A stretch of 64,000 nt of DNA from Paracoccaceae bacterium (GTDB lineage: Bacteria > Pseudomonadota > Alphaproteobacteria > Rhodobacterales > Rhodobacteraceae). Below the pieces are notes generated by a model. That model saw only the letters and a program-made list of their open reading frames with translations. It had not been told where the DNA came from and did no database searches. How positions within the stretch are numbered: the stretch's first letter is position 1; the number at the start of each line of letters is the position of its first letter. Positions 18,139 through 29,150 of the stretch are shown in pieces. Where the stretch lies: positions 94,429 to 158,428 of the forward strand of contig JAWKWX010000004.1 in NCBI GenBank assembly GCA_041397305.1, written 5' to 3'. The translations under genes were made by a program, and so were the position numbers.

Positions 18139-19185
18139 TCAGCTGATCCTGATGCGGGGATTGAGGAAGACATAGCCGATATCGGAAATCAGCTGGGTCA
18201 CGAGGACGACAAGGACGGCGACAACCGAACAGCCGAGGAGCAACTGGATGTCGTTATTGCCGGCAGCAGAAACCAGCGTCCAGCCGAAGCCCTTGTAGTT
18301 GAAGAGCGTCTCGACGATCACGACGCCGTTCAGAAGCCAGGGAAACTGCAGCATGATCACCGTGAAGGGCGCGATCAGCGCGTTGCGGAGCGCATGCTTC
18401 ATCACGACATTCGCAAAGCTGACGCCCTTCAGCCGTGCGGTGCGGATATATTGCGCGGTCATCACCTCGGTCATCGAGGCGCGGGTCATGCGGGCGATAT
18501 AGCCGGTGCCGTACAGAACGATCGTGGCGACCGGCAGGGCGAAATTCTCGAAGGTGAGCCCGTCCATCGCGCTGTTGGCCGACCCCTTGAACCATTGCAG
18601 GCCCACGAGTTTCGAGGCGAAGACCACGATCAGGATGACGCCCGAGACATATTCCGGTGTCGCGGTCGAGGCGATGGAGAAGGTCGAGAGCGAGCGGTCG
18701 AGTTTCGACCCTTCGCGCATGCCGGCGAGCACACCGATCATGAGCGACAGGGGCACCATCGTCATCATCACCCAGAACATCAGAAGGCCGGTCAGGCCAA
18801 GCCGCGTCGCGATGATCTTGGATACATCGTCGCGGAAGACGGTCGAAAAGCCCCAGTCGCCTTGCAGGACGCCACAGAAGCGCGGCGCCTCGGCGGGGTC
18901 GATCTTGGGTCGGATGCAGCGGCCCGTGATCATGCCGCTTTCGTCCGTGCGCGTCCAGCCGGGCACGACGCCCAGCCATTCGCCGTAGCGCTTCAGAAGC
19001 GGCTGCGCGTGACCGTTCTTTTCCAGCCAGGACTGCACCTCTGCGTCGGAAATCCGCGATCCGGCCTCGGATTTCGCGACCTTTTCCAGGTTCGGTGGCA
19101 GGTTGGTCAGATAGAACACCACGAAGGTGATGCAGAATGCCGTGAAGATCATCGCCGCCAAGCGACGGATCAGGAATTTCAGCAT
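18139..19185 (-). CDS. ABC transporter permease (DppB-like)
   Basis: 348 aa. Typical DppB N-terminus MLKFLIRRLAAMIF and BPD_transp_1 core. Confidence 0.9.
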   Translation of the reverse strand: MLKFLIRRLAAMIFTAFCITFVVFYLTNLPPNLEKVAKSEAGSRISDAEVQSWLEKNGHAQPLLKRYGEWLGVVPGWTRTDESGMITGRCIRPKIDPAEAPRFCGVLQGDWGFSTVFRDDVSKIIATRLGLTGLLMFWVMMTMVPLSLMIGVLAGMREGSKLDRSLSTFSIASTATPEYVSGVILIVVFASKLVGLQWFKGSANSAMDGLTFENFALPVATIVLYGTGYIARMTRASMTEVMTAQYIRTARLKGVSFANVVMKHALRNALIAPFTVIMLQFPWLLNGVVIVETLFNYKGFGWTLVSAAGNNDIQLLLGCSVVAVLVVLVTQLISDIGYVFLNPRIRIS

Positions 19186-19290
19186 GAACTCCCCCGGTCA
19201 GGCCCCTTGCTGGACCCTACTCCCCCAAGCGCGAATGCGCCGCTTTTGGTGACGGGGCGCGGGTTGCCTGCGCCCCGTCGCTCTGTCAGG

Positions 19291-20943
19291 TCAGGCGGCG
19301 TCCATCCACCAGGTGTAGTGATGGTGCTCGAACGTGGCATGTGCCTCGATCCCATGCACGGTCGGCCGCGCATGGCGGTAGATCGAGCGCCAGTAGGGCT
19401 GAATGAGGACCCCTTCGTCCTGCATGATCTTCTCGAGCCTGGCCATCACTTCGCGCCGCTTGTCGGCATCGGCAATGCCGAGCGCCTCGGCCAGCGCCGC
19501 GTCGAAGTCGGCGTTCGCAAAGGCCGTTTCGTTCCAGGCGACGCCCGACTTGTAGGCCAGCGCCAGGATCTGGACGCCCAAGGGGCGCATGTTCCATTCG
19601 GTGGCCGAGAACGGATATTTGGTCCAGTCGTTCCAGAAGGTCGAGCCCGGCAGGATCGTGCGCTTGATGTTCAGGCCAGCATCGCGGATCTGGGCCGCAA
19701 CCGCGTCGCAGGTCGCTGCCTGCCAGCCGTCGTCGAGCGAGATCAGCTCGAACTCGGCGCCGCCATGGCCTGCTTCTTCGACCATCGCCTTGCCGGCTGC
19801 CGGATCGACCACCAGCGGGGGGAGCTGGGCATATTCGGGGTGGATCGGGCAGACATGATGGTTCTCGGCCACCTTGCCGAGGTTGTTGTAGCCGAGTTCC
19901 AGAACCGTCGCATTGTTGACGATTGTCTGCAGACCCTTGCGGACCTTCGCATCCTTGTAGAGGTCCGCGAGCTGGTTGAAGCGGACGGCAATTGTTGCGG
20001 CCGTCACCGCCTCGGACTTCGACCAGCCGAGGCTGTCGAACACCGTCACGAAATCGCCTTCGGTACGATGGACCGCGTCAATCTCGTCGGCTTCGATCGC
20101 GGCCTGCCAGGCGGCCGGGTCGGTGCCGAGGTCGATATATTCGATCCGGTCGAGATAGGGCCCGCCGTAGACTTCGGTGCCCCACCAGGTGTGGTCGGGA
20201 TTTCTCGCCAGCACCTGCTTGACGCCAACCTCGTTTTTCTCCGGCAGGTAGGGCCCGGTGCCGATCGGGTTGCCGATCGGGTCATTCTGGCCAAGGCTCG
20301 AATGGTAGACCGCCGCCGGATAGTCGGCCATGCCGACGATGATGGTGATGTCGGGTGCAGGCAGAGTGAGCTTGACGGTATGGTCATCCACCTTGGCAAC
20401 GGCGCCGTCAGCCGCCATCTTGGTGTCGGGATTGACGAGGCCGCCCATGCGCGAGGCCATCGAGTTGCCCTCGACATTGGCATTGCACCAGTCGGTGATC
20501 ACGCGCACCACGTCATCGGCGGTGAAATCGTCGCCGTTGTTCCACTTCACGCCCTGGCGGACGTTCAGCGTATATTCGGTCGCCGTGTCGTTGGTGCTCC
20601 AGCTTTCCAGCAGCATGCCGCGCAAGGACCCGTCATTGTTGTATTCGACGAGATAGTCGAGCCAGCCGCGCGAGAAGTTCGCCAGTTCGGACCAGTCCCA
20701 TGTCGGCGGGTATTTGCCTGCCTTCGTTTCCATCTGCATCCGGAGCGTGCCACCCATCGCGGGCTCTTGCGCACGGGCTTGGGGCGCGGCAAGGCCGAGG
20801 AGGCCGTAGGCGGCAACCGCCGACAGGCCGATGCCCGTCGTATGGGCCAGGAATTCGCGGCGGCTGATCTTGCCGTCCCTGTAGTCCCGGGCAAAAGTTT
20901 CAACGGCCGGATGCATTTTTTCCGGCACGGTATGTTCGGTCAT
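19291..20943 (-). CDS. ABC transporter substrate-binding protein, family 5 (peptide/opine/nickel type), Tat-like signal
   Basis: Start placed at [10 protein letters not shown] (20943) behind GGGAGA. Signal [35 protein letters not shown]_bac_5-like body. Confidence 0.85.
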   Translation of the reverse strand: MTEHTVPEKMHPAVETFARDYRDGKISRREFLAHTTGIGLSAVAAYGLLGLAAPQARAQEPAMGGTLRMQMETKAGKYPPTWDWSELANFSRGWLDYLVEYNNDGSLRGMLLESWSTNDTATEYTLNVRQGVKWNNGDDFTADDVVRVITDWCNANVEGNSMASRMGGLVNPDTKMAADGAVAKVDDHTVKLTLPAPDITIIVGMADYPAAVYHSSLGQNDPIGNPIGTGPYLPEKNEVGVKQVLARNPDHTWWGTEVYGGPYLDRIEYIDLGTDPAAWQAAIEADEIDAVHRTEGDFVTVFDSLGWSKSEAVTAATIAVRFNQLADLYKDAKVRKGLQTIVNNATVLELGYNNLGKVAENHHVCPIHPEYAQLPPLVVDPAAGKAMVEEAGHGGAEFELISLDDGWQAATCDAVAAQIRDAGLNIKRTILPGSTFWNDWTKYPFSATEWNMRPLGVQILALAYKSGVAWNETAFANADFDAALAEALGIADADKRREVMARLEKIMQDEGVLIQPYWRSIYRHARPTVHGIEAHATFEHHHYTWWMDAA

Positions 20944-21167
20944 CTGTTTTCTCCCTGTGCGATGAACCAAGTCGATGCACACGTATGACCCGCGTCTGGC
21001 GGCAGGTTCACGCGTCGTGAAAGTGATGTTCCCGGGCCTATTGCGCACCCTTTTTCCCGACACGTCAACGTGCAAATGCGACGTCCTGCGTCGCCTTCCA
21101 CCGATTTGCCGCCTATTCGGGGATTTTTTCCGTCATTGCGGAAAATGCTGCGGGACGGGGTTGCGGC

Positions 21168-22094
21168 TCAAAGCCCTTTGCGGAAACCCGAAGGCGTCTT
21201 GCCGGTCCGGTGCTGGAAGGCCCGGGTGAAATAGGCAGGCGAGGTGAAGCCCAGTGTCTCGGCGATGTCGCGGATCGGCGCACGGGTTTCGGTCAGCAAT
21301 TTGCGGGCCTCGAAGATCACCCGGTCATGCAGAAGGTCGGAGGCGGGCCGCCCGCAGGTCTTGTTGCAGACCCGGCTGAGATGGGTGGGGGTGACACCGA
21401 GCTTGCGGGCGAAGTCGGCCACGCCGAGGCCCGAGCGGAAGTTTCGCTCCAGAAGGTCGGCATAGGCGCGCGCGATGCGCCGTGCGGCATCGGGTTCGCG
21501 CGCGGCGTCGGCCGAAAGATCGGCCTGCCGTTCAAGCCAGACCGACAGGAGGCCGAGGTGATGGCGCGCGGCGCGTTCCCTGGCGGGGCGTGTGCTGTCA
21601 AGCTCACGCTGGATATTCTCGATGATCCCGGACAATTCGGCCTGCGGGCCGACCTCCCGGATGCGCAGATGCAGCGATTCCTCCGGCAGGTCGAGCCCGC
21701 TATCCTCGCCGAAGAATAGCGCGGTGCCCGACGACTGCGCGCCAAGTTCGAACCCGTGCATCACGCCCGCGGGAACGAAGATGGCATTGTGGGCGCCGTA
21801 GCCGCGCGTGACGCCGCCAATGGTGATCCGGCCCTGGCCGCGGGTGAACCACAGAAGCAACGGCTCCGCGTAGGAGCGCATCGCCTCGACCCGCCAGCGC
21901 CCTCCCTGTGCCAGCCGGGTGATCGGCACGAGGCGCAATGCGGCGGGTGCGGGTGCGGGTACTTCGGCGATCCGGCGCACGGCACGCGCCGCTGGTCCGC
22001 GCGCATCGAGCGCGTCGGAGAACTGGGAAAGCGGCGTCGCAGAGAAGAGTTTGGCCAAAGTCGTATCCGCATCTTGACAGCAAGGCCCCCGCAA
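21168..22094 (-). CDS. AraC-family transcriptional regulator (cupin sensor + HTH)
   Basis: C-terminal AraC HTH ...IAETLGFTSPAYFTRAFQHRTGKTPSGFR and an N-terminal cupin-like AIFVPAGVMHGF. The true start is probably internal to the ORF. Confidence 0.8.
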   Translation of the reverse strand: MRGPCCQDADTTLAKLFSATPLSQFSDALDARGPAARAVRRIAEVPAPAPAALRLVPITRLAQGGRWRVEAMRSYAEPLLLWFTRGQGRITIGGVTRGYGAHNAIFVPAGVMHGFELGAQSSGTALFFGEDSGLDLPEESLHLRIREVGPQAELSGIIENIQRELDSTRPARERAARHHLGLLSVWLERQADLSADAAREPDAARRIARAYADLLERNFRSGLGVADFARKLGVTPTHLSRVCNKTCGRPASDLLHDRVIFEARKLLTETRAPIRDIAETLGFTSPAYFTRAFQHRTGKTPSGFRKGL

Positions 22095-22191
22095 CGCGGC
22101 GGAGGACCCGATCTAAATACGGGAACCTCGGCGTTCGGCCAAGAAAAAACCGGACGATTCAAGGAGATCGGCGAAGCGATGCCGAAAAGAC

Positions 22192-23079
22192 TCACCCCGG
22201 GACGACCGGGCGCCAGTACGACATTCTGCGGCGGAGCCAGGTGCGCTGGCGCTTGGCATATTGGCGGCTCTGGGCCTTGGCCGCAGATATTGCGTCTTGA
22301 AGCGGGGTAACCCCCCGCAGGTAGTCGATCAGCTCCGGCGCGCCGATCGCCTTGGCCCAGAGCGCCGTGGGGTCCCACATCGGCAGGACCGCCCTGACCT
22401 CGTCCAGCGCGCCCTCGGCGATCATCCGCTCGAACCTTGTGTCGATGCGGGCAGCGAGCCAGTCGCGGTCGCACTCGAGCCGCAGAAGTATCGCCGACCC
22501 GGGGGGCAGGAGCGGTGGTCCGGTCTCCGCCTGCCAGGCGGCGAGGCCCCGCCCGGTGGTGCGCAGCACTTCCCAGGCGCGCTGGATGCGGGCGGGGTTG
22601 TGCCGGTCGATCCGCCGCGCGGTTTCCGGGTCGAGCTCGGCCAGAAGCGCCGCCGCACCTTCCGCCTGTGCCCGGCGGTCCGCCTCGGCCCGGACCGGCG
22701 CGGGGGTCGGCGGTATGTCGGCCAGCCCCTCGGTCAGCGCCGTCAGATAAAGGCCAGTGCCGCCGACGATCACCGGCGCGCGGTCGGCCGACAGCAGACC
22801 TTCGACCTCGCGCAGCCAATGGCCGACGGAATAGTCGACCCCCGGCGCCAGATGGCCGAAAAGCCGGTGGGGGATTTCCGCTTCCTCTTGCACCGACGGG
22901 CGGGCCGACAGGATGCGCCAGCAGGACCAGACCTGCAGCGCGTCGGCGTTGATGATCGTGCGGCCCTGACGGCGCGCGATGGAAAGGGCCAGCGCCGATT
23001 TGCCGCTTGCGGTCGGACCGGCGATGACGACCGGCATCGCGCGCGGGATGTGGTCGGGAATGCCGGGCAGTTCATCCAT
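22192..23079 (-). CDS. miaA: tRNA dimethylallyltransferase
   Basis: C-terminal 295 aa of ORF 22192..24189. P-loop [12 protein letters not shown] and the MiaA core GGTGLY. The upstream 370 aa of that ORF runs antisense through pyrH and is spurious. Alternative start MPVVIAG at 23037. Confidence 0.9.
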   Translation of the reverse strand: MDELPGIPDHIPRAMPVVIAGPTASGKSALALSIARRQGRTIINADALQVWSCWRILSARPSVQEEAEIPHRLFGHLAPGVDYSVGHWLREVEGLLSADRAPVIVGGTGLYLTALTEGLADIPPTPAPVRAEADRRAQAEGAAALLAELDPETARRIDRHNPARIQRAWEVLRTTGRGLAAWQAETGPPLLPPGSAILLRLECDRDWLAARIDTRFERMIAEGALDEVRAVLPMWDPTALWAKAIGAPELIDYLRGVTPLQDAISAAKAQSRQYAKRQRTWLRRRMSYWRPVVPG

Positions 23080-23238
23080 AATTTGTCCCGCTTCCCCCAC
23101 GAATACGCAATCTGTCGTGTCTTCGGCAGCGATCTGCCGTTGAACCTCGTCCCGTTTTCCGCCATTTTGCGCGGCAGTGACAAGGGCCCGGTTCTGGGGC
23201 ATCGGCGACGGCCCGCAAATCAGATCATGAGAGAGCAT

Positions 23239-23970
23239 ATGACCGGGGCAGCAGAACCCACCGTAACCTACAAACGTGTCCTTCTGAAGATTTCCGGCGA
23301 GGCGCTGATGGGCGATCAGGGCTACGGCCTGCATCCCCCGACAGTCCAGCGGATCGCCGAGGAGGTGAAGTCGGTCCACGATCTCGGCGTCGAGATCTGC
23401 ATGGTGATCGGCGGCGGCAACATCTTCCGCGGCCTGCAGGGATCGGCCCAGGGGATGGAGCGGACGACGGCCGACTACATGGGGATGCTCGCCACGGTGA
23501 TGAACGCGCTGGCCATGCAGGCGGCGCTGGAAAGCCTTGGCGTCTTCACCCGCGTGATCTCGGCCATTCCGATGGATCAGGTCTGCGAGCCCTACATCCG
23601 CCGCCGTGCCGTCCGGCACCTGGAGAAGAAGCGGGTCTGCATCTTTGCCGCCGGCACCGGCAATCCCTATTTCACCACCGATACGGCGGCGACGCTGCGC
23701 GCGAACGAAATGGGCTGCGAGGCGATCTTCAAGGGCACGAAGGTCGACGGGGTCTATGACAAGGACCCCAAGAAACATGCCGACGCCAAGCGCTATGACC
23801 ATGTGACCTATGACGAGGTGCTGCAGAAGCATCTGGGCGTGATGGACGCCTCTGCCATCGCTCTGGCGCGCGACAACAGCCTGCCGATCGTGGTCTTCTC
23901 GCTTGACGAACCCGGCGGCTTCCGCGGCATCCTGTCGGGCCGGGGCACCTACACGATCGTCAAGGACTGA
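23239..23970 (+). CDS. pyrH: UMP kinase
   Basis: 243 aa: [34 protein letters not shown]. Confidence 0.95.
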   Translation: MTGAAEPTVTYKRVLLKISGEALMGDQGYGLHPPTVQRIAEEVKSVHDLGVEICMVIGGGNIFRGLQGSAQGMERTTADYMGMLATVMNALAMQAALESLGVFTRVISAIPMDQVCEPYIRRRAVRHLEKKRVCIFAAGTGNPYFTTDTAATLRANEMGCEAIFKGTKVDGVYDKDPKKHADAKRYDHVTYDEVLQKHLGVMDASAIALARDNSLPIVVFSLDEPGGFRGILSGRGTYTIVKD

Positions 23971-24142
23971 GGCTGCCCTCCGCGCCCCGGGCAGGCCTTC
24001 CCGTCGGCCTTCGGCCCTTCGTCGGGCTGCCTGAGCGGAAGCGAGGCGCCCGGACAGGGGCCCCCGCGCTCCGCGCTCCGACCCTATACAGAGACGGGCT
24101 TCTCGCCTATAGAAACCCAAAGACACGACCCCGGAAAGACCC

Positions 24143-24706
24143 ATGTCCGACGATATCGAAATTGACATCGACGACCTCAGCCGCCGCATGGACGGCGCGG
24201 TTGCTGCCCTTCGCCACGAGCTTTCCTCGCTCCGTACCGGGCGCGCCTCCGCCTCGATGGTGGAGCCGATCCACGTCGACGCCTACGGCCAGATGACGCC
24301 GATCAACCAGCTTGGCACCGTGAACGTGCCCGAGCCGCGCATGGTCACGATCAATGTCTGGGACAAGGGCATGGTCGGCAAGGTCGAGAAGGCGATCCGC
24401 GAGAGCGGCCTCGGCATCAACCCCCAGCTCAACGGCACGATCATCATGCTGCCGATCCCCGAGCTGAACGAGGAGCGCCGCCGCGAATTGACCAAAGTTG
24501 CGGCGCAATATGCCGAACATGCGCGCGTCGCGATCCGTAACGTGCGCCGCGACGGCATGGACCAGATCAAGAAGGCCAAGGGCGCAGGCATGCCCGAGGA
24601 CGATCAGAAGATGTGGCACGACGAAGTACAGGAACTGACCGACAAGGCCATCGCCACCGTCGACAAGACGCTGGAGGCCAAGCAGGCGGAGATCATGCAG
24701 GTCTGA
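24143..24706 (+). CDS. frr: Ribosome recycling factor
   Basis: 187 aa with a typical Frr sequence ([20 protein letters not shown]..., [10 protein letters not shown]). Confidence 0.95.
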   Translation: MSDDIEIDIDDLSRRMDGAVAALRHELSSLRTGRASASMVEPIHVDAYGQMTPINQLGTVNVPEPRMVTINVWDKGMVGKVEKAIRESGLGINPQLNGTIIMLPIPELNEERRRELTKVAAQYAEHARVAIRNVRRDGMDQIKKAKGAGMPEDDQKMWHDEVQELTDKAIATVDKTLEAKQAEIMQV

Positions 24707-24773
24707 CCTTTCGGTCCGGATTTGCAGAGGTGGAACGGGCGGGGCTGAGCAGAAAAGGGCACGCGCAGGCAGA

Positions 24774-25502
24774 ATGGCGGCCAAGGACATCACCACGCGC
24801 ACGGCACGTCACGTGGCCATCATCATGGATGGCAACGGCCGCTGGGCCACGAGCCGGGGCTGGCCGCGCCTTGTGGGCCATCGACGTGGCGCCAACAAGG
24901 TGCGCGCCATCGTCCGGGCCGCGCCGGGGCTCGGCATCAAGTATCTCACCATCTTCGCCTTCTCGACCGAGAACTGGAAACGCTCCACCGAAGAGGTGCT
25001 GGGCCTCATGGCGCTGTTCGCGCGCTATATCCGCAACGAGGCCGAGAAGCTCCGCGAAGCGGGGGTGCGGGTGCGGTTCATCGGCTCGCGCGACCGGCTC
25101 GACCCGGCGATCCAGGAGCTGATGGCCGGGATCGAGGCCAAGACGCGCGAGTGCGAACTGCTGACGCTGACGGTCGCGATCAATTACGGCGGTCGCGACG
25201 AGATCGCACGGGCGGCCAAGAGGCTCGCCGAGGATGTGGCGGCCGGGCGGCTGACGGCGGAGGACGCGGGCGAGGCGGCGCTTGCGGCCCGTCTCGACAC
25301 GGCCGACATGCCCGATCCCGACCTGATCGTCCGCACCTCGGGCGAGACGCGGACCTCGAATTTCCTCCTCTGGCAGTCGGCCTATGCCGAATATGAGTTC
25401 ACCCCCACGCTCTGGCCCGATTTCACGCCCGAGGAACTGGCGGCGATCATCGACCGGTTCTCGCGCCGCGAGCGGCGCTTCGGCGGTGTCGTCAGCGCAT
25501 GA
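24774..25502 (+). CDS. uppS: Undecaprenyl-diphosphate synthase
   Basis: 242 aa: HVAIIMDGNGRWA, FAFSTENWKR, RTSGETRTSNFLLWQ. Confidence 0.95.
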   Translation: MAAKDITTRTARHVAIIMDGNGRWATSRGWPRLVGHRRGANKVRAIVRAAPGLGIKYLTIFAFSTENWKRSTEEVLGLMALFARYIRNEAEKLREAGVRVRFIGSRDRLDPAIQELMAGIEAKTRECELLTLTVAINYGGRDEIARAAKRLAEDVAAGRLTAEDAGEAALAARLDTADMPDPDLIVRTSGETRTSNFLLWQSAYAEYEFTPTLWPDFTPEELAAIIDRFSRRERRFGGVVSA

Positions 25503-26293
25503 GCGATCCGGCCAAATGGGCTGACCTGAAAGTCCGCGTCCTGTCCGGCCTGATCGTGTCGGTCCTTGGCCTCGCGGCGGTGGTTGCGGGCGGCTGGCCG
25601 CTCGTCTTGCTCGCCGTGGCGGCGGCGGGGCTCGGCCTGTGGGAGCTTGCGCGGCTGACGGCGCCAGAGCGGCCCGCGCAGGCGCTGCTCGTCGGGCTTG
25701 TCGCCGCCCTTTCGATGGCGGTCATCCTTTTCGAACACGGGCCCTATTGGCTTGCCACACTGGCGCTGCCCTCCATCATCGGGCTCGCAAGCCCGCGCAA
25801 AGACCGGCTGGTCTATGCCGCCTACGGCTTCCTGATCATGCTTGCCGTCTATGCCTTCGTCGCCTTCCGCGAGGGCTACGGGCTCGCCTTCGCGGCCTGG
25901 CTGGTGCTGGTGGTCATCGCGTCCGACATTCTGGGCTATTTCGGTGGCCGGATGATCGGGGGGCCGAAGTTCTGGCCGCGCGTCTCGCCGAAGAAGACCT
26001 GGTCGGGCACGGCCGCGGGTTGGATCGGCGCGGCCGTGGTTGGGCTTGGGTTCGCGGCCTGGTTCAGTCACCCGCTGGTCCTTGTGCCCTTCTCGGCGCT
26101 CACCGCCCTTGCCGCACAGATGGGCGACATTGGCGAAAGCGCGATCAAGCGGCGGGCGGGCGTGAAGGACAGTTCGAACCTGATCCCCGGCCATGGCGGG
26201 CTTCTCGACCGGTTCGACGCGCTGATCGGGGCTGCGGTCTTCGTGCTCGTCTGGGGGCTTTTGCGGCTGCCGGTGCCGGTCTTCGAGGGCTGA
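25499..26293 (+). CDS. cdsA: Phosphatidate cytidylyltransferase
   Basis: 264 aa membrane protein with the CDS signature SAIKRRAGVKDSSNLIPGHGGLLDRFD. Confidence 0.9.
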   Translation: MSDPAKWADLKVRVLSGLIVSVLGLAAVVAGGWPLVLLAVAAAGLGLWELARLTAPERPAQALLVGLVAALSMAVILFEHGPYWLATLALPSIIGLASPRKDRLVYAAYGFLIMLAVYAFVAFREGYGLAFAAWLVLVVIASDILGYFGGRMIGGPKFWPRVSPKKTWSGTAAGWIGAAVVGLGFAAWFSHPLVLVPFSALTALAAQMGDIGESAIKRRAGVKDSSNLIPGHGGLLDRFDALIGAAVFVLVWGLLRLPVPVFEG

Positions 26294-26296
26294 GCG

Positions 26297-27478
26297 ATGC
26301 GGTCCATCACGGTCTTTGGCGCCACGGGCTCGATTGGCGAAAGCACCTTCGATCTTCTGATGCGGCAGGGGGGCAGGGAGGCCTATCGCACCCACGCCCT
26401 GACCGGCGGACGCAATGTCGCCCGCCTGGCCGAACAGGCCCGCGCGCTTCAGGCAGAGATCGCGGTCACCGCTTATGACGATTGCCTGCCCGGCCTGCGC
26501 GAGGCGCTTGCAGGCAGCGGGATCGAGGCGGCGGCGGGGGCCGAGGCGCTGGCCGAGGCAGCCGATCGCCCGGCGGACTGGGTCATGTCCGGCATCGTCG
26601 GAGCGGCGGCACTGGTGCCCGGCTTCCGGGCGCTGAAGCGCGGCGCGACACTGGCGCTGGCCAACAAGGAAAGCCTCGTCACCGCCGGGCCGCTGATCAT
26701 GCAGACGGCGCGCGACAATGGCGCCCGCATCCTGCCGGTGGACAGCGAACATTCGGCGATCTTCCAGGCGCTTCTGTCCGAAGACATGCAGGCCGTCGAG
26801 CGGATCATCATCACCGCCTCGGGCGGCGCCTTCCGGGACTGGCCGCTCGACCGGCTGGCAGGCGCGACCGTGGCCGAGGCATCGACCCATCCGAACTGGG
26901 CGATGGGCCAGCGGATCACCATCGACAGCGCCTCGATGTTCAACAAGGCGCTAGAACTGATCGAGACGCATGAATTCTTCGGCATCGCGCCAGAGAAGAT
27001 CGAGGTGCTCGTCCATCCCGAAAGCCTTGTCCATGCGCTGGTGGGCTTTCGTGACGGCGGCATGATCGGCCATCTGGGCGCCCCCGACATGCGCCATGCG
27101 ATCGGCTATGCGCTGAACTGGCCCGACCGGGCCCATCTGCCGGTCGAACGGCTTGACCTTGCCGCCGTCGGCAGCCTGACCTTCCGCGCGCCCGACCCGG
27201 TGCGCTATCCGGCGCTGAGGCTCGCGCGCGGGGTGATGGCGACCGGCGGTCTTGCCGGGGCGGCCTTCAACGCCGCGAAGGAAGTTGCGCTCGACGCTTT
27301 CATCGAAGGCCGGATCGGCTTTCTCGACATGGCGCCCGTGGTGGAACGGGTACTTGACCGGATGGCGGGGCAGGGGGGGCTTGGCAAGGGTGCGCCGAGC
27401 CTCGATATGATAATGGAAGGCGATGCCGAGGCCCGTGCCGTCACGCGGGCGGTTGTTGCCGAGACCGGAAGGACCTGA
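26297..27478 (+). CDS. dxr: 1-deoxy-D-xylulose-5-phosphate reductoisomerase
   Basis: 393 aa: NADPH motif GATGSIG, LANKESLV, DSEHSAIFQ. Confidence 0.95.
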   Translation: MRSITVFGATGSIGESTFDLLMRQGGREAYRTHALTGGRNVARLAEQARALQAEIAVTAYDDCLPGLREALAGSGIEAAAGAEALAEAADRPADWVMSGIVGAAALVPGFRALKRGATLALANKESLVTAGPLIMQTARDNGARILPVDSEHSAIFQALLSEDMQAVERIIITASGGAFRDWPLDRLAGATVAEASTHPNWAMGQRITIDSASMFNKALELIETHEFFGIAPEKIEVLVHPESLVHALVGFRDGGMIGHLGAPDMRHAIGYALNWPDRAHLPVERLDLAAVGSLTFRAPDPVRYPALRLARGVMATGGLAGAAFNAAKEVALDAFIEGRIGFLDMAPVVERVLDRMAGQGGLGKGAPSLDMIMEGDAEARAVTRAVVAETGRT

Positions 27479-27479
27479 A

Positions 27480-28820
27480 GTGGACGCTGTCAGCCTGATC
27501 CCGAGCTTTGGCAATGTGGCGCTGAATATCGTGGCGTTCATCATCGCGCTGTCGATCATCGTCGCGGTTCACGAATACGGCCATTACATCGTCGGCCGCC
27601 TGACCGGCATCCATGCCGAGGTCTTTTCCATCGGCTTCGGCAAGGTGCTGTGGAGCCGGACCGACAGGCGCGGCACGCGCTGGCAGGTGGCGGCGGTGCC
27701 GCTGGGCGGTTACGTGAAGTTTCTTGGCGATGCCAATGCGGCCTCGGCGGGGGCGGACGGTGAGGTGGTTTCGCGCCTGTCGGCCGAGGAATTGCGCCAT
27801 ACGATGAGCGGTGCCCCCCTCTGGGCACGGGCCGCAACCGTGGCGGCGGGGCCTGCTTTCAACTTTGCACTGACCGTGCTTCTCGGTTCCGGGCTCCTCG
27901 TCGCGATCGGGCTCCCCAAGGAGCAGCCGGTGATCGCGGAGCTTTATTCCTTGCCCGCGGGCACCGGCGACCTGCGCGCGGGCGACGAGATCGTTTCGGT
28001 TGGTGGCGTGGCGATCGCCGGCTGGAAGGCGCTGAATGACGCTGCGGACGCGGTGCCGCACGCGGCGAGCCTGACCTACGAGGTCAAGCGCGATGGGACG
28101 GTTGTCACGGTGACCGGGCCCGCGCTCTATCCGCCGCGGATTGCCAGCGTGTCGCCGGGCACGGCGGCGGCTTCGGCGGGCCTGAAACCCGGCGATGTGA
28201 TCGAGACGATCAACGGCACGCCGGTCAGCACGTTCGACGAGATCAAGCCGCGCGTTTCGGAAGGGGCGGGCGCGGCCATGGCGCTCGGCATCTGGCGAGA
28301 CGGTCAGCGCGTCGATGTCACGCTCACGCCCAAGATCACCGACATGCCCGCCGCGGGCGGCGGTTTTGAGACCCGTTATCTGATCGGCATCGGGGGCGAT
28401 TTCTTCTTTGCGCCGGCGACGCGCGCCGTCGGCCCCTGGGAAGCGGTGACGAGCGCCGCCAGGCAGGGCTGGTTCGTTGCCAAGACCTCGCTCTCGACCC
28501 TCGGCCATGTGGTGACGGGGGCGATCTCAAGCTGCAATGTCCGCGGGGCGATCACCATTGCGGAGACATCGGCGCATGCGGTCTCGCTCGGCCTCGCCGA
28601 TTTCGTCTGGTACATCGCCGCGCTGTCGACCGCGATCGGCCTCATCAACCTGTTCCCCGTACCGATGCTCGACGGCGGGCATCTGGTGTTTTACGCGTTC
28701 GAGGCGCTGACCGGGCGCCCGCTGCCGGAGCGGGTGCTGAATTTCGCCGTCTCGATCGGGCTGGTGATTGTTCTCGGATTCATGATGTTCGGGCTCAGCA
28801 ACGACCTATTCTGCCCGTGA
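27480..28820 (+). CDS. rseP: RIP zinc metalloprotease RseP
   Basis: HEYGHY (HExxH) in TM1, PDZ region, NLFPVPMLDGGH. I place the start at GTG 27480 behind GGAAGGA, directly after the dxr stop; the ORF-track maximum is 27423. Confidence 0.9.
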   Translation: MDAVSLIPSFGNVALNIVAFIIALSIIVAVHEYGHYIVGRLTGIHAEVFSIGFGKVLWSRTDRRGTRWQVAAVPLGGYVKFLGDANAASAGADGEVVSRLSAEELRHTMSGAPLWARAATVAAGPAFNFALTVLLGSGLLVAIGLPKEQPVIAELYSLPAGTGDLRAGDEIVSVGGVAIAGWKALNDAADAVPHAASLTYEVKRDGTVVTVTGPALYPPRIASVSPGTAAASAGLKPGDVIETINGTPVSTFDEIKPRVSEGAGAAMALGIWRDGQRVDVTLTPKITDMPAAGGGFETRYLIGIGGDFFFAPATRAVGPWEAVTSAARQGWFVAKTSLSTLGHVVTGAISSCNVRGAITIAETSAHAVSLGLADFVWYIAALSTAIGLINLFPVPMLDGGHLVFYAFEALTGRPLPERVLNFAVSIGLVIVLGFMMFGLSNDLFCP

Positions 28821-28905
28821 CGATCGGGTGGGGCCGCGATCTGGCCGCAATCCGGCCATATTCGGGCGATAGCCTTGCCTCAAGACCGTCGCGGTGGAGG
28901 TGTCG

Positions 28906-29070
28906 ATGCAAGCGATCTCGCGAGAATACAAGGGCCTGAGCCTGATGATGGATCTGGTCGCAGACCGGGTACTCGTACCGCTGGCGATCGGCATGAGCCT
29001 GCTTTTGGCAACCGGGGTCATCTACCGGATCCTGAATGCCGAGGTGCCCCTCTCCCCCACCTTCTTCTGA
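28906..29070 (+). CDS. Small membrane protein, 54 aa (MQAISREYKGLSLMMDLVADRVLVPLAIGMSLLLATGVIYRILNAEVPLSPTFF)
   Basis: My own translation (below the ORF-track cut-off). GGAGG sits 7 nt upstream of the ATG. About 80% GC3, one predicted TM helix, and its own terminator hairpin at 29116-29150. Confidence 0.5.
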   Translation: MQAISREYKGLSLMMDLVADRVLVPLAIGMSLLLATGVIYRILNAEVPLSPTFF

Positions 29071-29115
29071 CGGTCGGAACCGGCCTCGTCTCCCTGCCGG
29101 TTTCCTCTTCTGCAC

Positions 29116-29150
29116 AACGGCGCGGCACTCGTACAGGGTGCCGCGCCGTT
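29116..29150 (+). terminator. Stem-loop terminator candidate
   Basis: Perfect 13-bp stem AACGGCGCGGCAC / GTGCCGCGCCGTT with a 9-nt loop, followed by CCTTTG (short U-tract). Confidence 0.55.

Noticed and set aside
14712-18146. Very long ORFs antisense to well-supported genes. Examples: 14712..18146, 18022..20988, 257..1924, 8052..9809, 11805..13226, 37810..40104, 40104..42311, 44100..46019, 60500..62905, 62988..63950.
   Set aside because: Their translations are low-complexity and Arg/Gly/Pro/Asp-rich, with no recognisable motifs. The opposite strand encodes textbook proteins (ABC transporter, LigA, RecG, GyrA, etc.). This is the usual stop-codon-poor antisense artefact of ~65% GC genomes.
22192-24189. 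A 665-aa ORF suggesting a large MiaA fusion protein.
   Set aside because: Only the C-terminal 295 aa are MiaA-like (P-loop near the internal Met). The N-terminal 370 aa run antisense through pyrH and the pyrH-frr spacer and have junk composition.
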